Part shown: positions 52,779 through 64,000 of the stretch, piece by piece
Layout of the letters: the number at the start of each line of letters is the position of its first letter
Position numbering within the stretch: the first letter of the stretch is position 1
Source of the DNA: Myxococcota bacterium
GTDB taxonomy: Bacteria > Myxococcota_A > SURF-8
NCBI GenBank assembly: GCA_963674735.2
Contig: CAXXQS010000001.1
Location: 2,432,001-2,496,000, forward strand
Direction: 5' to 3'
Length of the DNA stretch: 64,000 nt
Translations under genes and position numbers: made by a program
Notes under the pieces: model-generated
What the model saw: only the letters and a program-made list of their open reading frames with translations
Database searches by the model: none
Told to the model about the DNA's origin: nothing

Positions 52779-53930
52779 TCAGGTTTCGTCAATCGGTTCC
52801 AGTTCTTCGAGCTCCTGCGTTGGGTCGTCGGCCATATCCTCTACATTATCGAGAGGTTCGATCTCTTCCAATTCTTCGGCTTCCCTATCGGGTTTGCCGG
52901 TTTCCGCTTCAGCGCCGGATGGTGTTTGCGACACCACGACCAAAGCCGCTCGGATCAGGCGATCGTGCAGAAAGTAACCTTTCTGAAATTCTTCCACCAC
53001 CTGGTTGGACTCGACTTCCACGGTCTCCCGTACGGAAATCGCCTGGTGTTTGGTCGGATCGAATACACGCCCCAGACTTTCAACCGAACGTACCCCGGAT
53101 TTCTTCAAGATTTCACGGATCTGGCGATAGATCATCTGAACGCCTTCGAGCAGCGTATTGAAATCTTTCGACTGTTCCAGATGTGCCAAAGCTCTTTCGA
53201 AATTGTCCATCACCGGCAGAAGTTGCTTGAGCAACTCCTCGTTGACGAACCGTTGATGCTCTTCCCGTTCTCGGACCGTGCGCTTTTTGAAGTTATCGAA
53301 ATCGGCCATCACACGCAACAACCGTTCGTAATTCTCATCCGCTTGCTTCTGATCGGCTGCGACCGTCTCTCCCGTTTCCGACTTTTCCACCGGCTCGACG
53401 GGTTCCGGATCTTCTTCCTCGATCTCGATCTCGCTCTCCGTATCGAATATCTCGGCCAAACCGGTCATCGGCTGGGCGGGCGGCTCGTCGTTAATGGCCT
53501 CCATAATTGGCGGCACCACAGGCGACGTCGCGGACAGCAAAACTTCGCTATCCAGAATGTCATCCACGACCTCGAAGTCATCTTCCGAGTCGCCTTCATC
53601 CTCGACCCGACTTTGTAGATCACCGACACCGAGAGGCAATTCAGCCGGCATGTCGCCCCTTTGGAAGTCTTTGTCCTCCAATTTCCGGCCGGTCAGTTCT
53701 TCTGCGATGTCATCCCTGAGCGATTCGAAGGCATGGGCTTGATCGTCATCGGACGGTTCGTTCTCGGGTGGGGTTGGTTGAGTCTTACGAGAAATGGCTT
53801 TATCGGCATCTTCCAAGGCCATATTGATGGCCGAAGCCAACGAATCGAGATCGGAAAAATGTTCGTCCACGCTTTCGAGATTTATCGGGGAGCCTTTCGG
53901 CCTCTGTTTTTTCGATTGACTCACCTGCAC
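52779..53930 (-). CDS. grpE: Nucleotide exchange factor GrpE with long acidic N-terminal extension
   Basis: RVMADFDNFKKR, LLPVMDNFERAL, FDPTKHQA, QKGYFLHDRLIRAALVVV; GGAGGA RBS before GTG 53930. Confidence 0.92.
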   Translation of the reverse strand: MQVSQSKKQRPKGSPINLESVDEHFSDLDSLASAINMALEDADKAISRKTQPTPPENEPSDDDQAHAFESLRDDIAEELTGRKLEDKDFQRGDMPAELPLGVGDLQSRVEDEGDSEDDFEVVDDILDSEVLLSATSPVVPPIMEAINDEPPAQPMTGLAEIFDTESEIEIEEEDPEPVEPVEKSETGETVAADQKQADENYERLLRVMADFDNFKKRTVREREEHQRFVNEELLKQLLPVMDNFERALAHLEQSKDFNTLLEGVQMIYRQIREILKKSGVRSVESLGRVFDPTKHQAISVRETVEVESNQVVEEFQKGYFLHDRLIRAALVVVSQTPSGAEAETGKPDREAEELEEIEPLDNVEDMADDPTQELEELEPIDET

Positions 53931-54015
53931 TCCTCCACCCAGGCTACGGCATTTGCTGGTGTCGTGCCAGAAGGCGTCCGATTCCTTCGGCTATCACTAA
54001 TTTACACCTTGGGGC

Positions 54016-54044
54016 AGAGTACTCTCCAGCGGGTTAGCTGTCAA
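54016..54044 (-). promoter_or_regulatory. Putative sigma70 promoter for grpE-dnaK-dnaJ
   Basis: Minus strand TTGACA-N17-TACTCT. Confidence 0.55.
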
Positions 54045-54118
54045 GAAAACATAGCGTAGCCAAATCCAGGCCTGCAAGAATAAAATACCTCACAATATCA
54101 ATCATCTCAAGCATTTTC

Positions 54119-54138
54119 GATCGTTTACGTAAACGATC
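54119..54138. promoter_or_regulatory. Perfect 20-bp palindrome, candidate protein-binding site
   Basis: GATCGTTTAC|GTAAACGATC. Confidence 0.45.
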
Positions 54139-54246
54139 CCCAGGTCATGGCCGATACGACTTTTTGCTTGGCTTAGCCCCCCATGCCGTGCTATTCAAAG
54201 ATTAGGATATTGACACTAAAAATCATTGTAATCCAGCGAGGGTGGC

Positions 54247-56463
54247 ATGCGAGTGAAGTGTGATAATTGCGGAGCCACATACAACATCGACGCAAGCAAA
54301 GTTCCTGCAACCGGACTGGCCGTTAAGTGCACGAAATGCAAAAACCTTTTTATCGTCAAACCCGAAGCGGATCTTCCCCAGGAAGTCAAGCCGGTCTCCA
54401 TCGACGAACTAGCCGTGAAGACGGAACCCGAACCGTCAATGGGGTTCATCTTACGGCAACCCGACGGACAAACGTTTGCATTCAAGGAATTTGCAACCCT
54501 GCAACGCTGGATCGTCGAGAACAAGGCACTGAAGCTGGACGAAGTTTCCCAGGATAACGGGCAAAGCTGGCGGCGTCTGCGCGACATCCCGGAGCTCGAA
54601 GCCTTCTTCGCCATCGTCGAACGCGCGACAGGCCAATTCGAAGCTCAGGACATCCCCGCGACCGATCCCATCCCCGAAGCACAGCCCACTCAACCCAAAA
54701 AAACCATGCAAATGTGGGCGGTAGAAGACGAAAAGCCGCCAGCCCCTGCACCCGAACCTGAACTCGAACCTGAGCCGGAACCCGAACCTGAGCCCGAGCC
54801 CGAACCCGAGCCGGAACCCGAGCCGGAACCCGAACCGGAGCCCGAGCCGGAACCCGAGCCCGAGCAGGAGCCGAAGATAGAACCTTCGATGGAGGTAGAC
54901 CTGACTCAAGAGGCCGAAACTCCCGAGGATATGAAACCTTTACGCCCAGAAGACGAACAGCCAGACACCATAACAAAGCCGGAACCGCAAACGGAAACAA
55001 TGCAGGAATGGAGCGATGCGGCTGCGAGCTCAGATGAGAAACTGGAACTCGGCACCCCGGCATCGGTTCCAGAAGCGGGTCCATCCGCTTGGGATAACAC
55101 TCCCCAACCATCGGATGATGTGTGGAACGATTGGGACGAAGACGATTTGCCGACCAAGCGAAAAAGCGGCAAGATCGTGGCCATCGTTATCGGAATACTG
55201 GTTCTGGCGGCGGCCGCCGCAATATGGTGGGTGCCCGACCTGCATAAAGCAGTTTTAGGAGGCGGTCCTCCCGAAGAAGCCCTCAGACATTTGCAAGACG
55301 CCCGCCTGCAGTTGAACCTGCATACGCCCGACACCCTGCAAAACGCCGAACAGACGCTCGTCGAACTGGTTGGAAAATACCCGGAATTCACCCTGGCGTG
55401 GGCCATGTTGTCGGAAGTTTACGCCACACGTGCCGACCTGGTCGAGTACGACCTGCCCAAACGGGAAAAAGAACGCGAAGCGATCAATCAAGCGATCAAG
55501 GATCTCAACAAGCAATTCGAAGCCGCCGACAACCGAGCCGACAAGGAAGCCCTGGTCAAACGGATAACGGTGCTGAAAGGTCAACTTGATCCACTCAACA
55601 ACCAAGTGATCAACCTCACCGAACGCTTGAACGAGTCCGTTAAAAAAGCCACCGAATACGCCCAGCGCGCCTTCGAGTTGGATCCGACGACTCTTGAAAC
55701 CAACCGCGCCGTAGCCGACTATTATCGTCTCGGCATGCAGGCCGCTAAAGCCACCGACTACCTCGACAAGGCACTGGCCAAAGACGCCGAAGACGCCGTG
55801 ACGTTGTTTGTCAAAGGTGCTCTGTTCGCCGCCGACGAATCTTTGCTGGCCAACGCGCTAACCGCCTTGAAGATGGCTTATCTCAAAGATCCGACCCTTA
55901 TTAAAGCCAAATTCAAAGTGGCGCATCTGTACCTGCAGGACGGGAAGAAAAGCGAAGCGAAAAAAATCCTCGAAGAAATCATCGAACAGAATCCCCAACA
56001 CACCCCCTCGAAAGCTCTTTTAGCGAGCCTGGTCGCCGCCGAGCCGAAACCCGAGCCGAAGGTCGAGCCGACCACCGAAACAAAACAGACCCAAAAGACC
56101 GAAGCCAAGCCGATGTCTTACAACGAGTTGGTCGCGACCGCCAATCGTCTGCGCCGCGCCGACCGAGCCAAACAGGCGCTGTCGTATTATCAAAAGGCCG
56201 CCGCCATCAAAGCCACCGCCGCCATTCACTCTGGCATGGGCTATTGCTATTTCGATCTCGGGAATTTCCAGGGAGCCCTGGATCATTTCAAGAAAGCGAT
56301 CCAAAAGAACAGCCGCGAGCAGGGCGCTTTGATCGGTCTTGCCATGGCTTACGAAGAGTTGGGAAACAAATCCAACGCAAAGAAATACTACCAGAAGTAC
56401 CTGGACTATTATCCGGCCGGTCCCGATGCGGTCGTAGCCAAAAACGCAATCAAACGACTCTAG
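54247..56463 (+). CDS. Zinc-ribbon (MJ0042-type) / GYF-like / Pro-Glu linker / TM / TPR protein
   Basis: [22 protein letters not shown]; [24 protein letters not shown]; (PE)n; hydrophobic TM; C-terminal TPRs. Confidence 0.8.
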   Translation: MRVKCDNCGATYNIDASKVPATGLAVKCTKCKNLFIVKPEADLPQEVKPVSIDELAVKTEPEPSMGFILRQPDGQTFAFKEFATLQRWIVENKALKLDEVSQDNGQSWRRLRDIPELEAFFAIVERATGQFEAQDIPATDPIPEAQPTQPKKTMQMWAVEDEKPPAPAPEPELEPEPEPEPEPEPEPEPEPEPEPEPEPEPEPEPEQEPKIEPSMEVDLTQEAETPEDMKPLRPEDEQPDTITKPEPQTETMQEWSDAAASSDEKLELGTPASVPEAGPSAWDNTPQPSDDVWNDWDEDDLPTKRKSGKIVAIVIGILVLAAAAAIWWVPDLHKAVLGGGPPEEALRHLQDARLQLNLHTPDTLQNAEQTLVELVGKYPEFTLAWAMLSEVYATRADLVEYDLPKREKEREAINQAIKDLNKQFEAADNRADKEALVKRITVLKGQLDPLNNQVINLTERLNESVKKATEYAQRAFELDPTTLETNRAVADYYRLGMQAAKATDYLDKALAKDAEDAVTLFVKGALFAADESLLANALTALKMAYLKDPTLIKAKFKVAHLYLQDGKKSEAKKILEEIIEQNPQHTPSKALLASLVAAEPKPEPKVEPTTETKQTQKTEAKPMSYNELVATANRLRRADRAKQALSYYQKAAAIKATAAIHSGMGYCYFDLGNFQGALDHFKKAIQKNSREQGALIGLAMAYEELGNKSNAKKYYQKYLDYYPAGPDAVVAKNAIKRL
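54751..54873 (+). repeat. Coding (Pro-Glu)n low-complexity repeat, 6-bp unit CCNGAR
   Basis: [12 protein letters not shown]...EPEQEP. Confidence 0.9.
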
Positions 56464-56498
56464 CATCGGCCGAATACCGTGCGAAATTAGAGGCGTAC

Positions 56499-56804
56499 AT
56501 GCCGCTTTCACGCGATGACGCGCGACACATCGCCGACTTGGCTCGGCTTCGATTTTCGGAAGAGGAACTGGCTCAAGTTCACGGGCGACTTGGCCGCATC
56601 CTCGACTATATGGACAAGTTAAACGAGTTGTCCACCGACGGCATCGCCCCCACCGCCCATTTGCAGAATCAACCCACTCCGTTGCGCGATGACGAAGTTC
56701 GCCCGCCCCTCGATCTTGGCGAGATCCTGAAAAACGCTCCCGAAAGACAAGACGACACCATCCGCGTTCCACGAGTGGTGGGCGGCAGAAACAAATCAAG
56801 CTGA
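56499..56804 (+). CDS. gatC: Asp/Glu-tRNA amidotransferase subunit C
   Basis: [41 protein letters not shown]; precedes gatA. Confidence 0.93.
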   Translation: MPLSRDDARHIADLARLRFSEEELAQVHGRLGRILDYMDKLNELSTDGIAPTAHLQNQPTPLRDDEVRPPLDLGEILKNAPERQDDTIRVPRVVGGRNKSS

Positions 56805-58282
56805 TGAATACCCTCCTCACCGACCTCACCCTGCACGAAGCGGCAGAGGCGCTGAAACGGCGAGAGGTATCGGCCATCGAGCTGACTCAAGCTCACCTGG
56901 AACGTATCGCGGCGGTGGATCCCCTGCTTAACAGTTATTTGACCCTCGACGAACCCGGCGCGTTGGCACAAGCGGCGGCATCAGATAAGCGCTTGGCAGC
57001 AGGCAATGAAATACGCCCATTGGAAGGCTGCCCGATCGCGCTGAAGGACAATTTCGTCACGAGAGGTCTGCGTACTACCTGTGCATCCCGAATTCTTGAT
57101 TCTTTCATTCCGCCTTACGACAGCGGCCCGACCGAACGCCTCAAAGAAGCGGGAACGGTTCTTCTGGGCAAACTCAACATGGATGAGTTCGCTATGGGCG
57201 GTTCCAGCGAAACGTCGGCCTACGGTCCGGTTCGCAACCCCTACGACCTCGATCGCGTCCCCGGTGGATCATCGGGCGGTTCGGCGACCGCGCTGGCGGC
57301 GCGCCTGACTCTGGGAGCTCTCGGCACCGATACGGGCGGCTCGATCCGTCAACCGGCCGCCTTTTGCGGCGTGGTCGGTCTGCGCCCCACTTACGGACGC
57401 GTCAGCCGCTATGGTGTCGTGGCCTATGCTTCCTCGCTGGATCAGGCCGGACCCATGGCCCGCACGGTGCGCGACACGGCGCTTTTGTTACAAGCCATTG
57501 CCGGTCACGATCCGCGCGACAGCACCTCGTCCTTGGAGCCTGTCCCCGATTTTACCGCCGCGCTCGGCCAAGATCCGGCCGGGCTGAAAGTGGGCATCCC
57601 GCGCAACTATTTCGGCGAAGGACTAGACCCCGAAATAAGAGCGGCCATTCAGATCGCCCAGTCCGAGCTCGAAAATCTCGGGGTCGAACTCATCGACATC
57701 GATTTGCCCCACACCGACTACGCTGTCCCCTGCTATTACATCATCGCCCCCGCCGAAGCCTCTTCCAATCTGGCACGCTACGACGGCGTTCGCTACGGGC
57801 ACCGCAGCCCCAACGCCCGGAATTTACTCGACCTCTACCAGCTGTCACGCAGCGAAGGGTTCGGCGACGAGGTCAAACGTCGAATCATGCTCGGCACCTA
57901 CTGTCTCTCGGCCGGGTATTACGACGCGTACTACAAAAAAGCCATGCAGGTACGGACGCTTATCCGGCAGGATTTTATCAACGCATTCAAACAGGTGGAT
58001 GCCGTATTGGCCCCCGTCTCGCCCTTCCCCGCTTTCCGTCTGGGCGAAAAGCTCGACGATCCGTTGGCTATGTACCTGGCCGATATCTACACCGTTCCCA
58101 CCAACCTGGCAGGACTGCCGGGCCTGGCTCTGCCTTGCGGTTTCACCAAAGCCGGGCTCCCCATCGGCTTGCAACTGATCGGTCGCCCCTTCGACGAATC
58201 CGGCCTGTTGGCATTGGGTCATGCTTACGAACAGGCCACCGCCTGGCATAAGCGCCGACCGGAGGTAGGCGATGGGGTTTGA
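56804..58282 (+). CDS. gatA: Asp/Glu-tRNA amidotransferase subunit A
   Basis: [59 protein letters not shown]. Confidence 0.97.
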   Translation: MNTLLTDLTLHEAAEALKRREVSAIELTQAHLERIAAVDPLLNSYLTLDEPGALAQAAASDKRLAAGNEIRPLEGCPIALKDNFVTRGLRTTCASRILDSFIPPYDSGPTERLKEAGTVLLGKLNMDEFAMGGSSETSAYGPVRNPYDLDRVPGGSSGGSATALAARLTLGALGTDTGGSIRQPAAFCGVVGLRPTYGRVSRYGVVAYASSLDQAGPMARTVRDTALLLQAIAGHDPRDSTSSLEPVPDFTAALGQDPAGLKVGIPRNYFGEGLDPEIRAAIQIAQSELENLGVELIDIDLPHTDYAVPCYYIIAPAEASSNLARYDGVRYGHRSPNARNLLDLYQLSRSEGFGDEVKRRIMLGTYCLSAGYYDAYYKKAMQVRTLIRQDFINAFKQVDAVLAPVSPFPAFRLGEKLDDPLAMYLADIYTVPTNLAGLPGLALPCGFTKAGLPIGLQLIGRPFDESGLLALGHAYEQATAWHKRRPEVGDGV

Positions 58283-59726
58283 ATCGCGTTACGAAATCGT
58301 GATCGGACTCGAGGTGCACGCCCACCTCAAAACCAGCAGCAAACTCTTTTGCGCCTGTCCGGCCGCATTCGGAGCGACTCCCAACCGACAGGTTTGTCCG
58401 GTTTGCCTGGGGTTGCCGGGTGCCTTACCCGTGCTCAACCGGCAAGCGGTGGCTTTTGCTGTCCGCGCCGCCCTGGCCCTTCGATGCCGGATCAATCTCA
58501 CCTCCGTGTTCGCACGAAAAAACTATTTCTACCCGGATCTACCCAAAGGCTACCAGATCAGCCAATTCGATTTACCCGTTGCGGAACAGGGTTACCTGGA
58601 CATCGACAGCGGGGAAAACGACCGGCGTCGGATCGGCATCACGCGCATTCACCTGGAAGACGACGCAGGTAAAAGCGTTCATCTGGAAACCGAAGATGCC
58701 TCGCTGCTCGATTACAATCGCAGTGGAGTCCCGCTGATCGAGATCGTATCCGAACCCGATCTGCGTTCGCCGGTCGAAGCAGCCGCGTATATGCGCTTGC
58801 TGCGGCAGGTTCTGCGCTATCTCGACATCTGCGACGGCAACATGGAAGAAGGTTCCCTGCGTTGCGACGCCAACCTGTCATTGCGCCCCTTCGGCCAGGA
58901 AGCGTTCGGAACACGTACGGAATTGAAGAACCTCAACTCGTTCAAATTCGTCGAACGCGCCCTTAGTTACGAAGCCCGCCGGCACGCCGCGCTCCTCGAT
59001 GCCGGACAAGCAGTGCAGCAGGAAACACGTCTCTTCGACAGTCATACCGGTGAAACCCACAGCATGCGTGGAAAAGAAGAATCGCACGATTACCGCTACT
59101 TCCCCGACCCCGATTTGGCTCCCCTCACCGTGTCTGACGAGTTTGTGGAGACCCAGCGGCGCAAACAACCCGAGATGCCATGGGACGCCCGACTACGAGT
59201 TGAAACCGACTACGAACTTCCATCTCAAGACGCGCTCTTGCTGACGGCGGAACGTTCCAGCTTGCAATATTTGGATCGCTGCATCCGTGCAGGTGCACAG
59301 CCCAAACGAGCCGCGAACTGGATCATGGCGGATGTGCTGCGCGACGCCAAGGAAACCGGCGGAGACCTGGCGGATTTCCCACTTTCCCCCGAAGAACTGG
59401 CCAATCTGCTTGTACGCCTGGAAACGGGCAACGTATCCGTTCCCATTGCCAAAGCCGTCTATCACGACATGCTCAGAACCGGGCAAACGGTCGACGCGAT
59501 CATCGCCGCCAATCCAAACTACCAACTGATGTCCGACACGGACGAACTGGTCAAGCACATCGAAACCGCGATGCAGACAAACCCGCAGGCTGTGGACAGC
59601 TATCGGGCCGGAAACCGCAAAGCTTTAGGTGCCTTGATCGGACCCATCATGCGCGCCACGAAGGGACAAGCCGATCCGGTCTTGGTCAATCGCTTACTCA
59701 TCGAGCGCCTTGAAAAAGACGCCTGA
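58272..59726 (+). CDS. gatB: Asp/Glu-tRNA amidotransferase subunit B
   Basis: [56 protein letters not shown]. Confidence 0.97.
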   Translation: MGFESRYEIVIGLEVHAHLKTSSKLFCACPAAFGATPNRQVCPVCLGLPGALPVLNRQAVAFAVRAALALRCRINLTSVFARKNYFYPDLPKGYQISQFDLPVAEQGYLDIDSGENDRRRIGITRIHLEDDAGKSVHLETEDASLLDYNRSGVPLIEIVSEPDLRSPVEAAAYMRLLRQVLRYLDICDGNMEEGSLRCDANLSLRPFGQEAFGTRTELKNLNSFKFVERALSYEARRHAALLDAGQAVQQETRLFDSHTGETHSMRGKEESHDYRYFPDPDLAPLTVSDEFVETQRRKQPEMPWDARLRVETDYELPSQDALLLTAERSSLQYLDRCIRAGAQPKRAANWIMADVLRDAKETGGDLADFPLSPEELANLLVRLETGNVSVPIAKAVYHDMLRTGQTVDAIIAANPNYQLMSDTDELVKHIETAMQTNPQAVDSYRAGNRKALGALIGPIMRATKGQADPVLVNRLLIERLEKDA

Positions 59727-59752
59727 CCGGCAACCCGCCCCACACACCAACG

Positions 59753-59780
59753 AAAAAAGCCGGGGAAATCCCCGGCTTTC
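59753..59780. terminator. Bidirectional terminator
   Basis: AAAAAAGCCGGGG-aaat-CCCCGGCTTT between convergent genes. Confidence 0.85.
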
Positions 59781-59797
59781 AGCGTATACAAGCAAAA

Positions 59798-60838
59798 TCA
59801 GCCGCAGGAGCCTTCCGTTTCGCAAGTTCCTTCATTGGTCTGGGTATCCACACAACAGTCGTAACCCTCCTGGCAGCGACCGGTTTGGAGGGCTCCCGTA
59901 CCACAAGGATCTCCATAGCAAGACTCACCCGGGCCGACTGTGGGGATCTTGCAGCGCTTGCCTTCGGCCGTATCTTCGCACTTGCCCGGGCATTCGCAAT
60001 CACTATCCTGTTCGCAACGACCGTTGGGGAAACAATCGGGCTGGCTACCATCTCCGTAGGAAATGCAGTCGTTGAACGAGGCGCACATGCTGATATTCCA
60101 CCCGTCTCCCGTGTCATTACAGGTAAGAATGGCCTCCGTCAACAGCTCATCCAGGTCCAGACAATCAGGATTTCCCGGATCATCGGTGCAGCACTGTAAG
60201 TATCCAGGCTGACAAGAAATCTGGTCGAGACGGCAGGTGCCTTCGTCGCAGATGTAGCCCGATCCGTACAGATCGACACAATCCTGTTGCTCGCAACATT
60301 CGGTGGGGCAGGGATCGGATTCGAGTACGCAATTGTTGAAACGGCAGATGTAATCGGCCCCGAATTCGGGATTGTTCCAGCAATCGTAGTTCTGGCAACA
60401 TTCCTCATCGCAGGGAATGATCAACACACAACTGTGGGTATTAAGATCGCAATAATTGTTGGACGCGCAGTCCGCATCGGAACAACATTCATACTCGCAG
60501 GGCAACTGTCCCTGGTCGTTGTCGCCGTCCGGAGTGTCGCCGTCGCTACCCGTCCCATCGCCGTCGCTGCCATCATCGATTTTACCACCTTCACACAGGT
60601 GATTTACGCATTCTCCGACGCATTCTTCGTCGCTATAGCAATATTCGTCGATGGTGAAGCACTCTCCCTCGACCGAACAGACGTACTTGAGCCGCCCTTC
60701 CGCTCCGCAATCGGAAGCCTGGCTGCAGGCGGTGCGCTCGGATTCATCATCCGAGGAGGAATCCTCATTGCAGGCGTACGCAGCCATCAGCAATAGACAA
60801 GCGACAACCAGTGTCATCCAGGCATAGCGTTTCATCAT
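59798..60838 (-). CDS. Cys-rich acidic lipoprotein with PCxxECC repeats and DGD linker
   Basis: Lipobox AYAC; PCEYECC, PCDEECC, PCPTECC repeats; SDGDGTGSDGDTPDGD. Confidence 0.8.
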   Translation of the reverse strand: MMKRYAWMTLVVACLLLMAAYACNEDSSSDDESERTACSQASDCGAEGRLKYVCSVEGECFTIDEYCYSDEECVGECVNHLCEGGKIDDGSDGDGTGSDGDTPDGDNDQGQLPCEYECCSDADCASNNYCDLNTHSCVLIIPCDEECCQNYDCWNNPEFGADYICRFNNCVLESDPCPTECCEQQDCVDLYGSGYICDEGTCRLDQISCQPGYLQCCTDDPGNPDCLDLDELLTEAILTCNDTGDGWNISMCASFNDCISYGDGSQPDCFPNGRCEQDSDCECPGKCEDTAEGKRCKIPTVGPGESCYGDPCGTGALQTGRCQEGYDCCVDTQTNEGTCETEGSCG

Positions 60839-60981
60839 GACCTCGTTCTCCTTGGTATCCGCCATCGAGACGGATGCTAGGGTTTATTTCGGTATCCTTA
60901 AGGTGTGGCAAATCCTAACGATGGGCCAGTATATCATCCACAACCGCTCTTGGCAATGAGACGGCGTCCAACAACAACTCG

Positions 60982-61302
60982 TCAGTTCAGTGAATCATCA
61001 CCCTTAACGGGCAATGCCGGGGATCGTTTCGAGCGAAGCTTGATTTCGCCGAAATGCTTTTCATATTGAGCGAGTTGCGTCCCCAACAACATGTAGAGCC
61101 GTTTGGCGTGCAGGGGGCTCAGGATAACCCGCGAACGCACATTGGCCTTGCGAGATGCCGGGGGCAAAAACACGAAATCAAGCGTGAATTCGGCCTCCGA
61201 CTGGTTGGCGATAATGAAGTTGGCATACACGCCGTTGGCGATGTCATCATCGGCGCGGATCTCCAGCTTGACTTCCTTTTTTGCTGCTTTCTCATCGGCC
61301 AT
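60982..61302 (-). CDS. DUF3467-domain protein
   Basis: GVYAN..I.NQSEAEFTLDF..ANVRSRVILSPLHAKRL..L..QLAQYEKHFGEI; AGGAGG RBS. Confidence 0.85.
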   Translation of the reverse strand: MADEKAAKKEVKLEIRADDDIANGVYANFIIANQSEAEFTLDFVFLPPASRKANVRSRVILSPLHAKRLYMLLGTQLAQYEKHFGEIKLRSKRSPALPVKGDDSLN

Positions 61303-61532
61303 AGCGCCCTCCTTTGACCTCAAGATAACACACCGGAAAAAAAGCGCAAGCCTGCCGTTGCCAACATCTTTCGAGCTCGTTGGCATCACCCCGAAGCCTC
61401 TCAAAAAGCGGCGATCCCACATGCTTCGCGACCGCACAAAACACTTGGCAGGCAACGCGGCGCTATGTTAGGGTGTTTTCCCGCATATGGATGAAACCGG
61501 CAGACCGGCCATAGACCGGCGAGGAGGAGCAC

Positions 61533-63011
61533 ATGGCTTCCTATATTCTGGCCATCGATCAGGGAACCACCAGTTCTCGCGCGTTGATTTTCGACGAGAA
61601 CCTTTCCGTTTTGGGAGTCGGACAACAGGAATTCGAACAGATCTACCCGAAACCGGGTTGGGTGGAGCATAATCCCGAGGCCATCTGGCATTCGGTGGAA
61701 GCCTCGATTTCCATCGCCATCGAAAAGGCCGGGATCAAGGCCAACGATATCGTCGGCATCGGCATCACCAACCAGCGTGAAACGGTTGTTTTGTGGGATC
61801 GTCAAACGGGCAAACCTTTGCACAATGCCGTGGTGTGGCAATGTCGCCGTTCAACGGGAATCTGCCACCGGCTGAAAGAGCAAGGGCTGGAACTCACCTT
61901 CTCAAGCCGCACCGGTCTGCTGCTCGATCCGTATTTCTCGGGCACCAAGCTGACCTGGCTGTTCGAAAACGTCGACGGTCTGCTGGCCAAGGCCAAGGCC
62001 GGAAAAGTGAAAGCCGGAACCATCGACAGCTTCCTGGTGGATCGTCTCACCGGCGGCGCAACCCATGTTACCGATGCCAGCAATGCCTCGCGCACCCTGT
62101 TGATGAACATACACAAGCAGGAATGGGACGAAGAACTGGCGGACGCCCTGGGCGTGCCGATCTCGATTCTACCGCGCATCCGGGGTTGCTCGGAGGTGTA
62201 CGGCAAAACACAGGGACTCTCGGTGCTCCCGGACGGCATTCCCATCGCCGGTATGGCGGGCGATCAGCAGGCGGCCCTTTTCGGTCAAGCCTGTTTCGAA
62301 CCCGGCAGCGCCAAATGTACTTATGGAACCGGGGCCTTTTTGCTGATGAACACCGGCGAAAAAGCCGTAAAAAGCCAGAATCGCTTATTGACCACCATCG
62401 CCTGGCGGATCGGAAATCAAACAACCTACGCCTTGGAGGGTAGCGTCTTCATCGCGGGAGCGGTGGTGCAGTGGCTACGAGACGGCTTGGGGCTTATCCA
62501 AAACAGCGCCGAGGTGGAGGCCCTGGCGGCACAGGTTCCCGATTCGGGCGGCGTCGTTCTGGTGCCGGCCTTCGTGGGCTTGGGAGCTCCACACTGGAAA
62601 GCCGATGCTCGCGGCATCATGACCGGTCTGACACGCGGAACCACCACGGCGCATATCGCCCGCGCCGCCCTCGATGGAATCGCGCTGCAAAATTACGAAA
62701 TTCTCAAAGCGATGGAGTCGGATGCAGGCCGTCCCTTGACCGAATTGAAAGTGGATGGCGGCGCGGCGGCCAACGATCTGCTGATGCAATTCCAGGCCGA
62801 CATCCTCAACTGCTCCATCGAGCGCCCCGAAATGCTCGAAACCACCGTTTTGGGTGCAGCGTTTTTAGCCGGACAAGCGGTGGGGGTGTGGCCAGGCTTC
62901 GACGACATCCGCCGAACGTGGAAACAGGACCGGCGCTTCGATCCCTCCATGGCTGAAGAAGAGCGCCGCGATTATATAGACCGGTGGAAAGCCGCAGTCA
63001 AACTGGCTTGA
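61533..63011 (+). CDS. glpK: Glycerol kinase
   Basis: [64 protein letters not shown]. Confidence 0.97.
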   Translation: MASYILAIDQGTTSSRALIFDENLSVLGVGQQEFEQIYPKPGWVEHNPEAIWHSVEASISIAIEKAGIKANDIVGIGITNQRETVVLWDRQTGKPLHNAVVWQCRRSTGICHRLKEQGLELTFSSRTGLLLDPYFSGTKLTWLFENVDGLLAKAKAGKVKAGTIDSFLVDRLTGGATHVTDASNASRTLLMNIHKQEWDEELADALGVPISILPRIRGCSEVYGKTQGLSVLPDGIPIAGMAGDQQAALFGQACFEPGSAKCTYGTGAFLLMNTGEKAVKSQNRLLTTIAWRIGNQTTYALEGSVFIAGAVVQWLRDGLGLIQNSAEVEALAAQVPDSGGVVLVPAFVGLGAPHWKADARGIMTGLTRGTTTAHIARAALDGIALQNYEILKAMESDAGRPLTELKVDGGAAANDLLMQFQADILNCSIERPEMLETTVLGAAFLAGQAVGVWPGFDDIRRTWKQDRRFDPSMAEEERRDYIDRWKAAVKLA

Positions 63012-63113
63012 TCATTATTTCTCGGCCGCTTTGCGGGTGGCACGAGCTTGTGACAGTTAACGACCAACGGAACTGTATGTATCGATCCATGGAATCAGAG
63101 AAAAGGAGATAGC

Positions 63114-64000
63114 ATGCGAGACGTAGTAATCGTAGGAATGGCGCGTACCGCCATCGGAAGTTTTGGCGGCAGCCTTAAAACAATGCTGAGCAACGAACTG
63201 GGCACCATCGCCGTAAAAGAAGCACTCAAACGTTCGGGGCTCCCGGAATCGGAATACGGCCAGATTGACGACGTCCTGATCGGCAATTGCATGATGCGTA
63301 CCGATGAAATCAACGTGGCCCGCTGCATCGGCCTGAAAGCCGGTATCCCCTTCACAACTCCGGCCGCCACCATCCAACGCCAGTGCTCTTCGGGCATGCA
63401 GGCGGCGGTTTTCGGCGCACAAAAAATCTGGTTGGAAGAAGATGAAATTGTGGTGGCGGGTGGTGTCGAAGCCATGTCCAGCGTGCCTTACGTTCTAAAA
63501 GACATGCGCTGGGGTGCCCGGCAATTCGACGTAAAAGCCATCGATTCACTCTTCGAAGGCCTGACCGATCCGCTGGGCGGATTCATGATGGGTATCACCG
63601 CCGAAAACCTGGCGGCCAAATACAACATCAGCCGTGAAGAGCAGGACGAACTGGCGCTGACTTCTCAGCAGCGCGCCTGGCAGGCCATCGACGAGGGTTG
63701 GTACAAGGACGAGATCGTGCCGGTACCCGTTCCGCAACGAAAAGGCGACCCGAAAATCTTCGATACCGACGAACATCCCCGCCGTGGAACCACACTGGAG
63801 ACACTGGCCAAACTTCGTCCCGCATTCAAAAAAGACGGAACCGTAACGGCGGGCAACGCATCCGGGCTCAACGACGGTGCTGCGGCCATGGTTCTGATGA
63901 GTGCGGATAAAGCCAAAGAGTTGGGGCTCAAACCGATCGCACGTATCGTGGCGCACGCGGTGGCCGCCGTGGAACCGGAATTGATGGGTTATGGTCCGGT
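63114..64000 (+). CDS. Acetyl-CoA acetyltransferase (thiolase), runs off the window end; absent from ORF track
   Basis: AAGGAG RBS; [78 protein letters not shown]. Confidence 0.93.
   Translation, partial: MRDVVIVGMARTAIGSFGGSLKTMLSNELGTIAVKEALKRSGLPESEYGQIDDVLIGNCMMRTDEINVARCIGLKAGIPFTTPAATIQRQCSSGMQAAVFGAQKIWLEEDEIVVAGGVEAMSSVPYVLKDMRWGARQFDVKAIDSLFEGLTDPLGGFMMGITAENLAAKYNISREEQDELALTSQQRAWQAIDEGWYKDEIVPVPVPQRKGDPKIFDTDEHPRRGTTLETLAKLRPAFKKDGTVTAGNASGLNDGAAAMVLMSADKAKELGLKPIARIVAHAVAAVEPELMGYGP

Noticed and set aside
53931-54246. CIRCE element upstream of grpE; sigma28 box at 54130-54157
   Set aside because: No TTAGCACTC-N9-GAGTGCTAA; the TAAA..GCCGATAC spacer is 16 rather than 15 nt and context is not flagellar

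Overview
GC-rich bacterial chromosomal segment. The RpoD architecture, Cys-rich/DGD-repeat lipoproteins, zinc-ribbon/GYF/TPR protein, tandem PilZ, HD-GYP protein and multiheme cytochrome suggest a deltaproteobacterial/Myxococcota-like organism; this is inference, no database search was run. Housekeeping genes include tkt, dnaG-rpoD, hemW, serS, a class II aldolase, carAB, grpE-dnaK-dnaJ, gatCAB, glpK and a thiolase cut by the window end. Accessory content includes cheW-MCP under a sigma28-type promoter, a FadH-like enzyme, an orphan alkB, a Zn-free DksA, a tetraheme lipoprotein, several Cys-rich lipoproteins and an AT-rich ankyrin islet at the left edge. The best candidate for an undescribed system is the 36.5-37.1 kb intergenic block: enhancer-like palindromes, a sigma54-type promoter, a 60-aa basic protein, a second sigma54-type promoter, and a structured ~120-nt candidate ncRNA. 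A segment 3' of the small ORF is complementary to that ORF's Shine-Dalgarno region. Also notable are a decayed duplicate of the fadH promoter plus 5' end (29783-29903), an 8-bp-periodic TTGC array next to an excisionase-HTH response regulator, and an unrecognised 10-Cys repeat module. No tRNA, rRNA, CRISPR array, transposase or integrase was recognised.
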